NCBI GenBank assembly: GCA_963764165.1
Contig: CAVXRD010000001.1
Coordinates: 1,408,001-1,472,000 of the forward strand
From: an uncultured Verrucomicrobiae bacterium
GTDB taxonomy: Bacteria; Verrucomicrobiota; Verrucomicrobiia; Limisphaerales; Palsa-1400
Reading direction: 5' to 3'
DNA length: 64,000 nucleotides
Part shown: positions 1 through 7,566 of the stretch, piece after piece
Layout: each line of letters begins with the position of its first letter
How positions within the stretch are numbered: the first letter of the stretch is position 1
The notes under the pieces: model-generated
What the model was told of the DNA's origin: nothing
What the model saw: only the letters and a program-made list of their open reading frames with translations
Database searches by the model: none
Made by a program: the position numbers and the translations under genes

Positions 1-2
1 CC

Positions 3-218
3 GCGGAAACGGGCGTCACCTACCACGTCCAAGCATCCGGCGATTTGACCGCGTGGTCCGACATTGCGACCTACTCCGGTTCCAATATCAATTACACCGC
101 CCAGGCCCAGGAAGTTTCCCGCTCCGGCTCACCCACCGAGACGATCACCGTCCGCGACGCGTCCGCCATCACGGCCCGCCCCACTCGCTACTTGAGAATT
201 AATGTGACAAGGCCATAA
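3..218 (+). CDS. 3' end of a secreted protein (partial) with Verrucomicrobia-type C-terminal domain
   Basis: Open frame from window edge: AETGVTYHVQASGDLTAW...TRYLRINVTRP*, TAA at 216-218; motif resembles the C-terminus of the 58629 gene. Confidence 0.7.
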   Translation, partial: AETGVTYHVQASGDLTAWSDIATYSGSNINYTAQAQEVSRSGSPTETITVRDASAITARPTRYLRINVTRP

Positions 219-239
219 GCCCCGATGCGGCCTCAGCAA

Positions 240-295
240 GGCAGGGACGCCTTTGGGAAGCCGAACTTCGGCCCGAGGCGTCCGGAGTGAGGCGC
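240..295. repeat. REP-like palindrome family A (interrupted copy)
   Basis: GGCAGGGACGCCT...CCGAGGCGTCCGGAGTGAGGCGC matches the copy at 42466. Confidence 0.6.
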
Positions 296-335
296 GATTC
301 CCGAGCCGACGAACGCCACCCTTGGGCGGAGATAC

Positions 336-448
336 GGCTGTGTCGAAGACCAGCCGCAGCATGTTGAAACGAAAAGCGCGCCTATGGATCGCAACGCGCT
401 GCGGCTGATTCTTCGTCGCTTCGCTCCTACGAACACAGCCGCGCTCCC
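336..448. repeat. REP-like inverted repeat family C
   Basis: GGCTGTGTCGAAGACCAGCCGCAGCA...GCTGCGGCTG...ACAGCCGCGCTC, near-identical to 46032-46131. Confidence 0.75.
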
Positions 449-474
449 TAACATCATCCAATCCGGATATGTGA

Positions 475-535
475 TTTTAAGATATATGAAACTTAAAAGT
501 ATTAGTTGCATAGAAATCAGCCCATGTGCTAGTTT
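475..535 (+). promoter_or_regulatory. Putative sigma70 promoter with upstream palindrome
   Basis: TTGCAT (506-511), 18 bp, TG-n-TAGTTT (530-535); AT-rich upstream with TTTTAAG-N10-CTTAAAA (475-498). Confidence 0.5.
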
Positions 536-547
536 CTGACCCGTTCG

Positions 548-718
548 ATGAAATCTTGCTTAAACACATCAGCCGCAAGCTGGCCGACAATGCGAGTCGC
601 AACCGCGACACGGCATAGCCGTCCATGCCGCGGCTATGTTTCTAGCCTTGGACTATCCCTGGCCTCCATTGGAAAACAAATTGAAGGCAATTGGAATAGA
701 CTGGCGGTAAGCAGGTAA
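548..718 (+). CDS. Putative attenuator leader peptide (56 aa)
   Basis: ATG 548 to TAA 716-718 (MKSCLNTS...GNWNRLAVSR); last codons are complementary to the terminator 5' arm. Confidence 0.55.
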   Translation: MKSCLNTSAASWPTMRVATATRHSRPCRGYVSSLGLSLASIGKQIEGNWNRLAVSR

Positions 719-740
719 ACTCTCGATCTGGACTTTATCC

Positions 741-777
741 AACCCTGCTTACGAATCGTAGGCAGGGTTTTTTGTTT
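741..777 (+). terminator. Intrinsic terminator of attenuator
   Basis: 13-bp stem AACCCTGCTTACG/CGTAGGCAGGGTT, loop AAT, then TTTTGTTT; rival helix GTAAGCAGG (707-715) with CCTGCTTAC (744-752). Confidence 0.8.
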
Positions 778-790
778 CCCTAATATGACC

Positions 791-1061
791 GAATGAACAA
801 TCCGCAACGAAAGGTGAATAGTCAGTGAGAATAGGAATCGCGACGTCTAAATGATGTCCAGTGGCGGCAAATTGAAAAACGCGAAGACGAGTCTTGACTG
901 GTCACCGGTGTGGTGTGCCGACGAACCGTCCGCCTCGGTGCCGCAAAATACAAATCGAATTTTACATACAAAAGGCTTCCAAGGAGGTGTGCCTCTAAAC
1001 ACCGAAACAGCCGCCGTGAATCCGCGGGTTGATATCGCAAGATAGCAAGAGGTGTTTGTTC
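791..1061 (+). ncRNA. Candidate ~270-nt structured ncRNA, family not recognised
   Basis: Ends pair (791-799/1053-1061); nested helices, GCAA tetraloop, possible GGCGGC/GCCGCC pseudoknot; no convincing ORF. Confidence 0.55.
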
Positions 1062-1072
1062 TTTGTTGAGAT

Positions 1073-1111
1073 GGGCTGGGAGATCATTGAGTCTCTCGGC
1101 CCTTTTACTTT
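1073..1111 (+). terminator. Hairpin plus U-tract (terminator or processing site)
   Basis: GGGCTGGGAGA/TCTCTCGGCCC stem followed by TTTTACTTT. Confidence 0.55.
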
Positions 1112-1152
1112 CCGTGCGCGGGAATCTCCCGCGCGATCGCGCACACACTTAT

Positions 1153-1225
1153 GAGCCGCGCGCCAGCTTGAGCAGCCGAGTCTCCAAAACTTAGCAACCC
1201 GGGGCAGCACCGGGGCGGCTCGCCA
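1153..1225 (+). tRNA. Non-canonical tRNA-Trp(CCA)-like gene
   Basis: Acceptor GAGCCGC/GCGGCTC, anticodon loop CTCCAAA, T-stem CCCGG/CCGGG, G discriminator and encoded CCA; T-loop GGCAGCA and D-arm are atypical. Confidence 0.75.
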
Positions 1226-1430
1226 CTCATTTGAACGCCAAATTATTAACCCAAGGAAATCCCATGAAAGTTACCCGTCGCTACCAGAGTCAGTTGCTGT
1301 AAAGCAGAAGCTACAAACCTTGCCGCAGAATTCGATTCCGGCCCATCGCGAAATTGAAACTCGTGTTTCGTCCCGGCAATCGATTCTGCATTCGCCCGCA
1401 ATGCAAGCCGTCCGGCAGATAGATAAAACC

Positions 1431-1543
1431 GGTAGGGCGAGGCTCCTGCCGACCCATTCCCATTATTCCTATTATTCCCATACGCCCCATAAGATGAGAG
1501 CGATGGACTTAATGGGACGGCTCGGCGGGATCCCCGCCCTTCC
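1431..1543. repeat. REP-like family B (GTAG-type with CCCAT-rich interior)
   Basis: GGTAGGGCGAGGCTCCTGCCGA...TCGGCGGGATCCCCGCCCTTCC; relatives at 37121 and 54083. Confidence 0.7.
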
Positions 1544-1575
1544 ACGCCTCACAAATAATCAATGCTTACCAACAC

Positions 1576-2706
1576 ATGAACACCATCGAAGAAACTGCCA
1601 CGCGCGTGATTGCCTCGCCCAGCGCCTGGATCGAAGGCGAGGCGCTTCGCCAATTCTATGCCGTCGCAAAGTTTGACGGCATGCGCCAGGCCGTCGCCTT
1701 CCCGGATTTGCATCCGGGCAAAGGTGTGCCGGTGGGCGCGGCTTTCGTGACCGACAGCTTGATATACCCGCACCTTATCGGCGGCGATATCGGGTGCGGC
1801 ATGGCTCTCTTCAAGACGGATTTGCTTCGCAGGAAAGCCCGCCTCGACCGCTGGGCCGGATTGCGCTTCGACCTGGAGCATCGGTGGGAGGGCTCCGTCG
1901 GCGCATGGTTGGGCGCGCGAAATCTCGAACCCACCGAGTTCGATGACGCGCTCGGCACCATCGGCGGCGGCAATCACTTCGCCGAGTTGCAGGCCATCGA
2001 GAAGGTAGTCGATGCCGACGAACTGGCGATGCTTGAGCTGGGCAAGGAGGAACTCGTCATGCTCGTCCACAGTGGTTCGCGCGGATTTGGCGAATCAATT
2101 CTTCGCGCGCACGCAGCGGAACACGGCGGCAACGGCGTAGCTCCTGAATCAATCGCCGGAGAGACATATAGGCGTGGTCACGATCACGCCGTCCGTTGGG
2201 CCAAAGCCCATCGCGAACTCATCGCGCATCGATTCGCTTCGGCGCTCGGCGCGGAGGCATCGCGCATCTGGGACGGCTGCCACAATAGCATTACGCGGCA
2301 GGAAGCCGGCGGCGAAGAATTGTGGATTCACCGCAAGGGAGCCGTTGCTTCGGACAGCGAGTTCGCCGTCATTCCCGGTTCGCGCGGCTCATTCAGTTAT
2401 CTGGTGAAGGCAACTGGCGACGGCGAGAGCCACGCCTGGTCGCTGGCGCACGGCGCGGGCCGCAAATGGTCGCGCAGCGACGCGAGGATTCGGATGCGCG
2501 AACGCTTCAACGCCCCGCAATTGGAGCAAACGTCGCTCGGTGGCCGCGTCATCTGCGAAGAGCGCGATCTGCTCTACGAGGAAGCGCCCGCCGCCTACAA
2601 AAACATTGAGGCAGTGGTGCGGGATTTGGTCGATGCCGGACTCATCTCCGTCATCGCGGCACTCCGCCCGCTCCTCACCTACAAAACGCGCAAGCTCCGC
2701 CGATAG
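1576..2706 (+). CDS. rtcB: RtcB-family RNA ligase, RtcB2 (release factor H-coupled) type
   Basis: PDLHPGKG, GDIGCGM, GTIGGGNHFAE, HSGSRG, HRKGA, SLAHGAGR, EEAPAAYK; 376 aa and WIEGEA N-terminus typical of RtcB2. Confidence 0.92.
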   Translation: MNTIEETATRVIASPSAWIEGEALRQFYAVAKFDGMRQAVAFPDLHPGKGVPVGAAFVTDSLIYPHLIGGDIGCGMALFKTDLLRRKARLDRWAGLRFDLEHRWEGSVGAWLGARNLEPTEFDDALGTIGGGNHFAELQAIEKVVDADELAMLELGKEELVMLVHSGSRGFGESILRAHAAEHGGNGVAPESIAGETYRRGHDHAVRWAKAHRELIAHRFASALGAEASRIWDGCHNSITRQEAGGEELWIHRKGAVASDSEFAVIPGSRGSFSYLVKATGDGESHAWSLAHGAGRKWSRSDARIRMRERFNAPQLEQTSLGGRVICEERDLLYEEAPAAYKNIEAVVRDLVDAGLISVIAALRPLLTYKTRKLRR

Positions 2707-2825
2707 CGCGTTGAGTCAAAAATCGGCAATGGGTTTGCGGCGTTAACGCCTGCCCGCGAGCAGCGACGCTGCGAATTCATTGCCGATTCCGCCTTATGAT
2801 CACAGTCAAACAAACACTCTAACTT

Positions 2826-3461
2826 ATGAAAATCAAACGCGCAAAACGCTCGAAAAACAAAACAGTCAAACCTCAAGCCAAGGTCGTCATTAAATTGAGA
2901 CCGTGGGGAGGTTTTATCGACGAGACCTATCGATTGGAATCGGCTCTGGCCAGGAAACCAAAGCTCGTTCACATAGAATTCGCCGGCACCGGCGAAATCC
3001 CAGCCGATTCAGCGCTGCTCATGCGCTCAATCATTCTCAAACGATCCGCCTCCACGCGCATCGTGACCAGCGCCCGATCCAGTTTGCAGGGCGCGTCCGC
3101 GCTCATCTGGCTGCTGGGCGACACGCGCCACATCCGCGAGGACGCCCGGCTGTATTTCGCGCCGGCCGGCCCATTCGTGGCCAGCGATGCGCCCGCAGTC
3201 TGGCGGGATCGAAATTGCTACGGGGACAACGATGAAATTGAAAAGGACGATTACATCCAAGTCCTCCACGCGATCAACGAATTCCTGCCCGTCAAAGAGT
3301 TGGCCGGCAGGCCTGTGGAGATTGCTGTTCTGAAACAATTCGGCCTCGTCGACAACGCGAAGGCGGACGAATTTCTCGCCGCCGCATTTCAGAAGGCAAA
3401 CGTCCAACGCTCCAAACCGCGCGCCACTCGCAAGAAAGAGGTGAAGGAAGCCTCTCGGTGA
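2826..3461 (+). CDS. Hypothetical protein, possible ClpP/crotonase-like fold, basic termini
   Basis: 211 aa; segment IVTSARSSLQGASALIWLLGDTRHIREDARLYF resembles the ClpP core; Lys/Arg-rich ends. Confidence 0.6.
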   Translation: MKIKRAKRSKNKTVKPQAKVVIKLRPWGGFIDETYRLESALARKPKLVHIEFAGTGEIPADSALLMRSIILKRSASTRIVTSARSSLQGASALIWLLGDTRHIREDARLYFAPAGPFVASDAPAVWRDRNCYGDNDEIEKDDYIQVLHAINEFLPVKELAGRPVEIAVLKQFGLVDNAKADEFLAAAFQKANVQRSKPRATRKKEVKEASR

Positions 3462-3508
3462 CTGCGTGGAAAACGGCAGCGTGGAATCTTTGGCACAAGA
3501 TCGCCTAG

Positions 3509-4329
3509 GGCCTGTTAACACTAATTGACATTTTATAGGCGACAAGGCAAAATGGCTGGGTGGAGCTTACAGAGAGTCAATATCAGCGGGTTGCTGATTG
3601 TCTGCCGCGGCAGCGCGGCAACGTGAGCATGACCAATCTGCAACTTCTCAACGCCCTGCTCTATGTGGTGGAGCATGGGTGCAAATGGCGCGGCCTGCCA
3701 AAACATTTTGGCAACTGGCATACGATCTACACCCGCATGAACCGCTGGAGCAAAGCGGGCCTGCTGGATCGAGTCTTCGCCCGGCTCCAGCAGGAGCAAA
3801 TCCTGGCGATCCGGATCGAGCAAGTCTGCTTGGACAGCACGACGATCAAGGCTCACCCCGACGGCACCGGGGCGCTAAAAAAAACGGCCCACAGGCCATC
3901 GGGCGCTCCCGAGGCGGTTGCACCACCAAAATTCATCTGGTTGCCGCGAATGCCCAGTGCGCCTTAATGCTCAAGCTTTCCCCCGGCCAGGCGGGGGACG
4001 CGCCGCAAGGACGCGAGCTTTTGCAGGCGGGCGGGCCGGTTCCGGCAGGGCTTCCACTCATCATGGACAGCGCCTATGAAGGGGACGAGACTCTGCAACA
4101 GGCGCGGGAATTGGGCTACGCTCCAGTGGTTCCTCCTAACCCCCGACGCTTAAATCCGTGGGAGTATGACCAAACCCTTTACCGACGCCGCAATGAGATT
4201 GAACGGCTTTTTCGCCGACTCAAAAGCTACCGCCGAGTCTTCAGTCGCTTCGACAAATTGGATGCGTTGTACTCCGGATTCGTCGTCCTCGCGCTCATCG
4301 TGGAGGCGTTACGTTAGTGTTAACAGGCC
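3509..4329 (+). mobile_element. IS5-family (IS427 group) insertion sequence
   Basis: Perfect 16-bp IRs GGCCTGTTAACACTAA/TTAGTGTTAACAGGCC flanked by CTAG on both sides (3505-3508, 4330-4333). Confidence 0.93.
3560..4317 (+). CDS. IS5-family transposase, orfA/orfB joined by -1 frameshift
   Basis: orfA (GCKWRGLP, DSTTIKAH) and orfB (GRSRGGCTTKIH, DSAY, YRRRNEIERLF) join at an A8 run (3877-3884); TTGACA-17-CAAAAT promoter at 3525-3553. Confidence 0.9.
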
Positions 4330-4387
4330 CTAGAGCAAGAGGCCATCGGCGGACGGGCAGACGCATCTGATTTCGGAAGCCTCTGAT

Positions 4388-4524
4388 GCGGGACGCGAGG
4401 CGCGTCCCGCTGCACGCGGGGGCGCGTGCGCTCCCCAGACATAGGAGTTTCGCGAGCGCGAAATCCCTTTCAGGGGAGCACACGCGCCCTCGCGTGTCGC
4501 GGTCGGCGCCCCGCCGACCGCATC
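4388..4524. repeat. REP-like palindrome cluster
   Basis: GCGGGACGCG/CGCGTCCCGC, GGGCGCGTGCGCTCCCC/GGGGAGCACACGCGCCC and GCGGTCGGCG/CGCCGACCGC inverted pairs. Confidence 0.6.
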
Positions 4525-4618
4525 TCCCGCAATCCAAATTAAGATGCGTCTGCCCTGGCCATCGGCATCAGAAATAAAAAACATGAAAACGAGTCAAACA
4601 TAACCAATAATAAAATCC

Positions 4619-5440
4619 ATGAGCACCACCATCGAAAAAGCACTGCAATTCCAAGAACTCCATCGCCGGCCGGGCGTGTTGTTAATACCGAATCCATGGG
4701 ACGCCGGTTCCACGCGAATTCTCGCAGGTCTCGGTTTCGAGGCATTCACGACATCAAGCGCGGCAGCCGCCGGCATCCTCGGCCGCCGCGACGGAAAGTT
4801 ATCGCGCGAGGAGGCGCTCGCCCATGCGCGAGTGATCGTCGAGGCCACCGATTTGCCAGTGGCGGCTGACTTGGAGCACGGCTTTGGAGATTCTCCCGCC
4901 GCTACCGCGGAGACAATCGAATTGGCGGCGGGCATTGGTTTGGTCGGCGGCTCCATCGAGGACGCCCGCGCGGACCGCGAGAAACCGATTTACGATTTGT
5001 TTCTCGCCATTGAGCGCGTTGCGGCAGCCGTGGAAGCCGCCCGCGCGCTGCCCTTTCCGTTCACGCTCGTGGCGCGGTCGGAGAATTTCGTCCGCGGCAA
5101 TCCAGACTTGGACGACACGATTAAACGGCTGGTCGCCTTTGAAAATGCTGGCGCCGACGTTCTATTCGCGCCCGGCCTTCCGACCTTGGAATCGGTGCGA
5201 GAAGTCTGCGCGGCAGTTTCCAAACCGGTAAATTTTGCGGTTTCCGCTCGCGGCAAATCCCACAGCGTGGCCGAACTCGTGGAAGCCGGCGTCAAGCGCA
5301 TCAGCTTCGCCGGCTCCTTCTATCGCGCCGCAATGACGGGGCTGGTCAACGCCGGACGTGAACCTCGCGAAAAGGGAACATTCACATTTCTTGACCACAC
5401 CATTCTCACCGCGGAATTGAATCAATTCCTCGAAGAATAA
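4619..5440 (+). CDS. Isocitrate lyase/PEP mutase family protein
   Basis: PNPWDAGS, ADLEHGFG, GGSIED, AGADVLFAPG motifs. Confidence 0.9.
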   Translation: MSTTIEKALQFQELHRRPGVLLIPNPWDAGSTRILAGLGFEAFTTSSAAAAGILGRRDGKLSREEALAHARVIVEATDLPVAADLEHGFGDSPAATAETIELAAGIGLVGGSIEDARADREKPIYDLFLAIERVAAAVEAARALPFPFTLVARSENFVRGNPDLDDTIKRLVAFENAGADVLFAPGLPTLESVREVCAAVSKPVNFAVSARGKSHSVAELVEAGVKRISFAGSFYRAAMTGLVNAGREPREKGTFTFLDHTILTAELNQFLEE

Positions 5441-5447
5441 GATTCTA

Positions 5448-6149
5448 TTAAGTTGACAGGACTGCTCGGTGGCGTTTCGAGCGCACCAACAAGACAGCGA
5501 GCACGATTGGCACAACGAGACGGGCACACGCATCACCCAAACCTGCGTATGCAAAAACCCTCGACCAGGACGACCGCGGCAACGAGATTTGCATATAAGC
5601 ATTTGCCGCAGCCCCGCATCCCATAACGAGAACCAGCAATACCGCGAGGAAAACGGGACGTTTTCTCAACCAGTCACCGAGCTTCCATGCGAGACCAGCC
5701 CGGCGAAGTCCGGATTTCCAGATATATAGGAACAGACAGAGAAGCGTTCCGTAATTGACGGCGAGATAGACCGGCCCGGAAAGCATGTCGTTCGGCAATA
5801 AGCCGTGGGCGGCAATGGCCGACAAACTGGCTGTCGCTGAAGCGATGCGATATACGGCGCCTATCAGTGCTGAGCCAATCACCATCCAGAGGCCCCGATC
5901 CAACCAAACTGAGCCGGCATTCACCTTCGCAAACTCGCGCTCCAAATCGCCGTTTCCTCCAAGCCGGCTCTTGGCCACGGCAAACGCTTCGTGCTCGGAA
6001 AGCCCATTTGATTGAAGCCTGGCGATGGAATCCCGCAGGTGCGTTTCCAACTGCTCCAAGTCGTCAGGCTGGAAAGCAGATGAGCGCGAGAGCTCTTCGC
6101 GCCACGATTCAATTGACTGATTCAGGTCAAACGAGGTTGAGTTTTCCAT
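5448..6149 (-). CDS. Permease prefix domain membrane protein
   Basis: ELETHLRD-like (EQLETHLRD), GLSEHEAF, RLG N-terminal motif plus TM helices; ATG at 6149 overlaps padR end. Confidence 0.8.
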   Translation of the reverse strand: MENSTSFDLNQSIESWREELSRSSAFQPDDLEQLETHLRDSIARLQSNGLSEHEAFAVAKSRLGGNGDLEREFAKVNAGSVWLDRGLWMVIGSALIGAVYRIASATASLSAIAAHGLLPNDMLSGPVYLAVNYGTLLCLFLYIWKSGLRRAGLAWKLGDWLRKRPVFLAVLLVLVMGCGAAANAYMQISLPRSSWSRVFAYAGLGDACARLVVPIVLAVLLVRSKRHRAVLST

Positions 6150-6460
6150 AGTTTTAACAGCGTGGAATGGACAGCCATCCACTGATCTTTTTCGGTTTGC
6201 AGTGATTTCGTGCCTTCCCGGCTGAGCCGATAATATTTCCGCCGCCGGCCGTTGTCGGAGGTCTTCCACTCGGATTCAATTAATTCTTCGTTTTCCATCC
6301 AATGGAGCACCGGGTAAAGCATCCCTTCAGTCCATTCGATTTTGCCGTCGGAAAGCTCCCGCACGCTTTGAATAAGCGCATAGCCATAGCTTTCTCCTCC
6401 AGTCAGCACAGAAAGGACGAGCGGGACAGTGCTCGCCGCAATGAGTTCTTTCGATAACAC
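6122..6460 (-). CDS. PadR-family transcriptional regulator
   Basis: SYGYALI, EGMLYPVLH, RRKYYRL motifs. Confidence 0.92.
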   Translation of the reverse strand: MLSKELIAASTVPLVLSVLTGGESYGYALIQSVRELSDGKIEWTEGMLYPVLHWMENEELIESEWKTSDNGRRRKYYRLSREGTKSLQTEKDQWMAVHSTLLKLWKTQPRLT

Positions 6461-6467
6461 GATTTTG

Positions 6468-6496
6468 ACATTAGCCTAGCAGCGTTAGGCTTGCAA
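6468..6496 (-). promoter_or_regulatory. padR promoter with palindromic operator in spacer
   Basis: Minus strand TTGCAA-17 bp (GCCTAACGCTGCTAGGC, palindromic)-TAATGT, 7 nt before the GTG start. Confidence 0.65.
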
Positions 6497-6564
6497 GTGT
6501 TTTCTTCTTGAGAACGGGCTGCAGGGAGAATCCAGGAAAGAACCATCACGATTTCCAACGTGAC

Positions 6565-7293
6565 TCAATCATTTCCCTTGCTCAGTCTGTTCCAGATGAT
6601 CTCCGTCTTCTGAGAGTCCTCGACAAGCTCATTTGCTTCCTTTCCAATCGCAAAAGCATTGGTTTCGTAACACTCGATGCAACCCTCCAGAAAATTGCGT
6701 ACGGAGGGGAACCACCGGTAATAGCGAACCTCGGTAAAACGGTAAAAGAAAGCGCCGGAGCCTTCTGCCCTGGATGGATCATAGAAATACCCGTCGCCAG
6801 TCCGATCGTCAAAAACCTGAATCCAGTCCTTCGTGTAACCCGACAGAAGGGAAAACGCTCTGGACTGATGCCACTTTGCGTCTGCCAATTGTCCTTGCAG
6901 CACAAATTTCTCCTCAACGAATTCATCCAGCGGCACAAATCGCTGCCCCGGCAGAAAGCTGCAGACATTGCTTCGCGATTGCCCGTTGTGCCACCGATAG
7001 AGACTGCGAAGGTCCGGTGGCAGTTTGAAGTGCCCCTGCGTTTCCAGTGTGGAAATTTGCGCTTCAGAAAGTCCCGGTTGAAGTGATGCCAGAACGCTCG
7101 GGGCGTTGCTCGACAAACAGGCGGTTAATCGCGCCAGTAATTCTTCAGCGCTTTGGCTTACAACAGGCGGCAGCCGGCCCGGCTTCGGATAAAAGAAGAC
7201 TTCTAGCATTGACGGAATTGAGCAAATAAGGACGCAAATAACCAGCACCACCGCAATACCCGAAACGACAATCCATTTTCGACGGCCCGTCAT
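6565..7293 (-). CDS. SMI1/KNR4 family protein with N-terminal TM anchor
   Basis: LQPGLSEAQISTLE...LPPDLRSLYRWHNGQ pattern. Confidence 0.75.
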   Translation of the reverse strand: MTGRRKWIVVSGIAVVLVICVLICSIPSMLEVFFYPKPGRLPPVVSQSAEELLARLTACLSSNAPSVLASLQPGLSEAQISTLETQGHFKLPPDLRSLYRWHNGQSRSNVCSFLPGQRFVPLDEFVEEKFVLQGQLADAKWHQSRAFSLLSGYTKDWIQVFDDRTGDGYFYDPSRAEGSGAFFYRFTEVRYYRWFPSVRNFLEGCIECYETNAFAIGKEANELVEDSQKTEIIWNRLSKGND

Positions 7294-7376
7294 GTTTTCA
7301 ATTCATTAACGTCATTGCGGAAACATCTCAACAAAGAACAAACACGTCGCTAAGATTCCTGACGGCACAAGATTTT

Positions 7377-7562
7377 ATGAATGATAAACTGAATGAGCCG
7401 ATTGAGCTCGCGCTCAAGCCCGGCGCGAGCTCAAGCTCCAAGCGCCAGCGCTGGAATCCTAAAGATCACAAGAAGTGGATCAAAAAGGTGTATGGAAGCA
7501 AGGTCTATCCAAGCAGTGAGAAAGAATTGGCAGCGGCCCGGGCCGAGAGAAAGCTGATGTAA
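7377..7562 (+). CDS. Putative antitoxin
   Basis: 61 aa ORF ending 4 bp before the PIN toxin gene. Confidence 0.6.
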   Translation: MNDKLNEPIELALKPGASSSSKRQRWNPKDHKKWIKKVYGSKVYPSSEKELAAARAERKLM

Positions 7563-7566
7563 AGGC

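Noticed and set aside
851..1045. 64-aa ORF inside the ncRNA candidate
   Set aside because: No RBS or recognisable motif; dense base-pairing explains the region better, though coding is not excluded.
1114..1225. Group II intron fragment (GTGCG, GAGCCG)
   Set aside because: No domain V hairpin or RT; the cloverleaf fits better.
1295..1350. Second tRNA (CTACAAA loop, TTCGATT)
   Set aside because: Acceptor, anticodon and T stems do not pair adequately.
3491..3504. Sigma54-like TGGCACAAGATCGC
   Set aside because: GG-GC spacing is 9, not 10.
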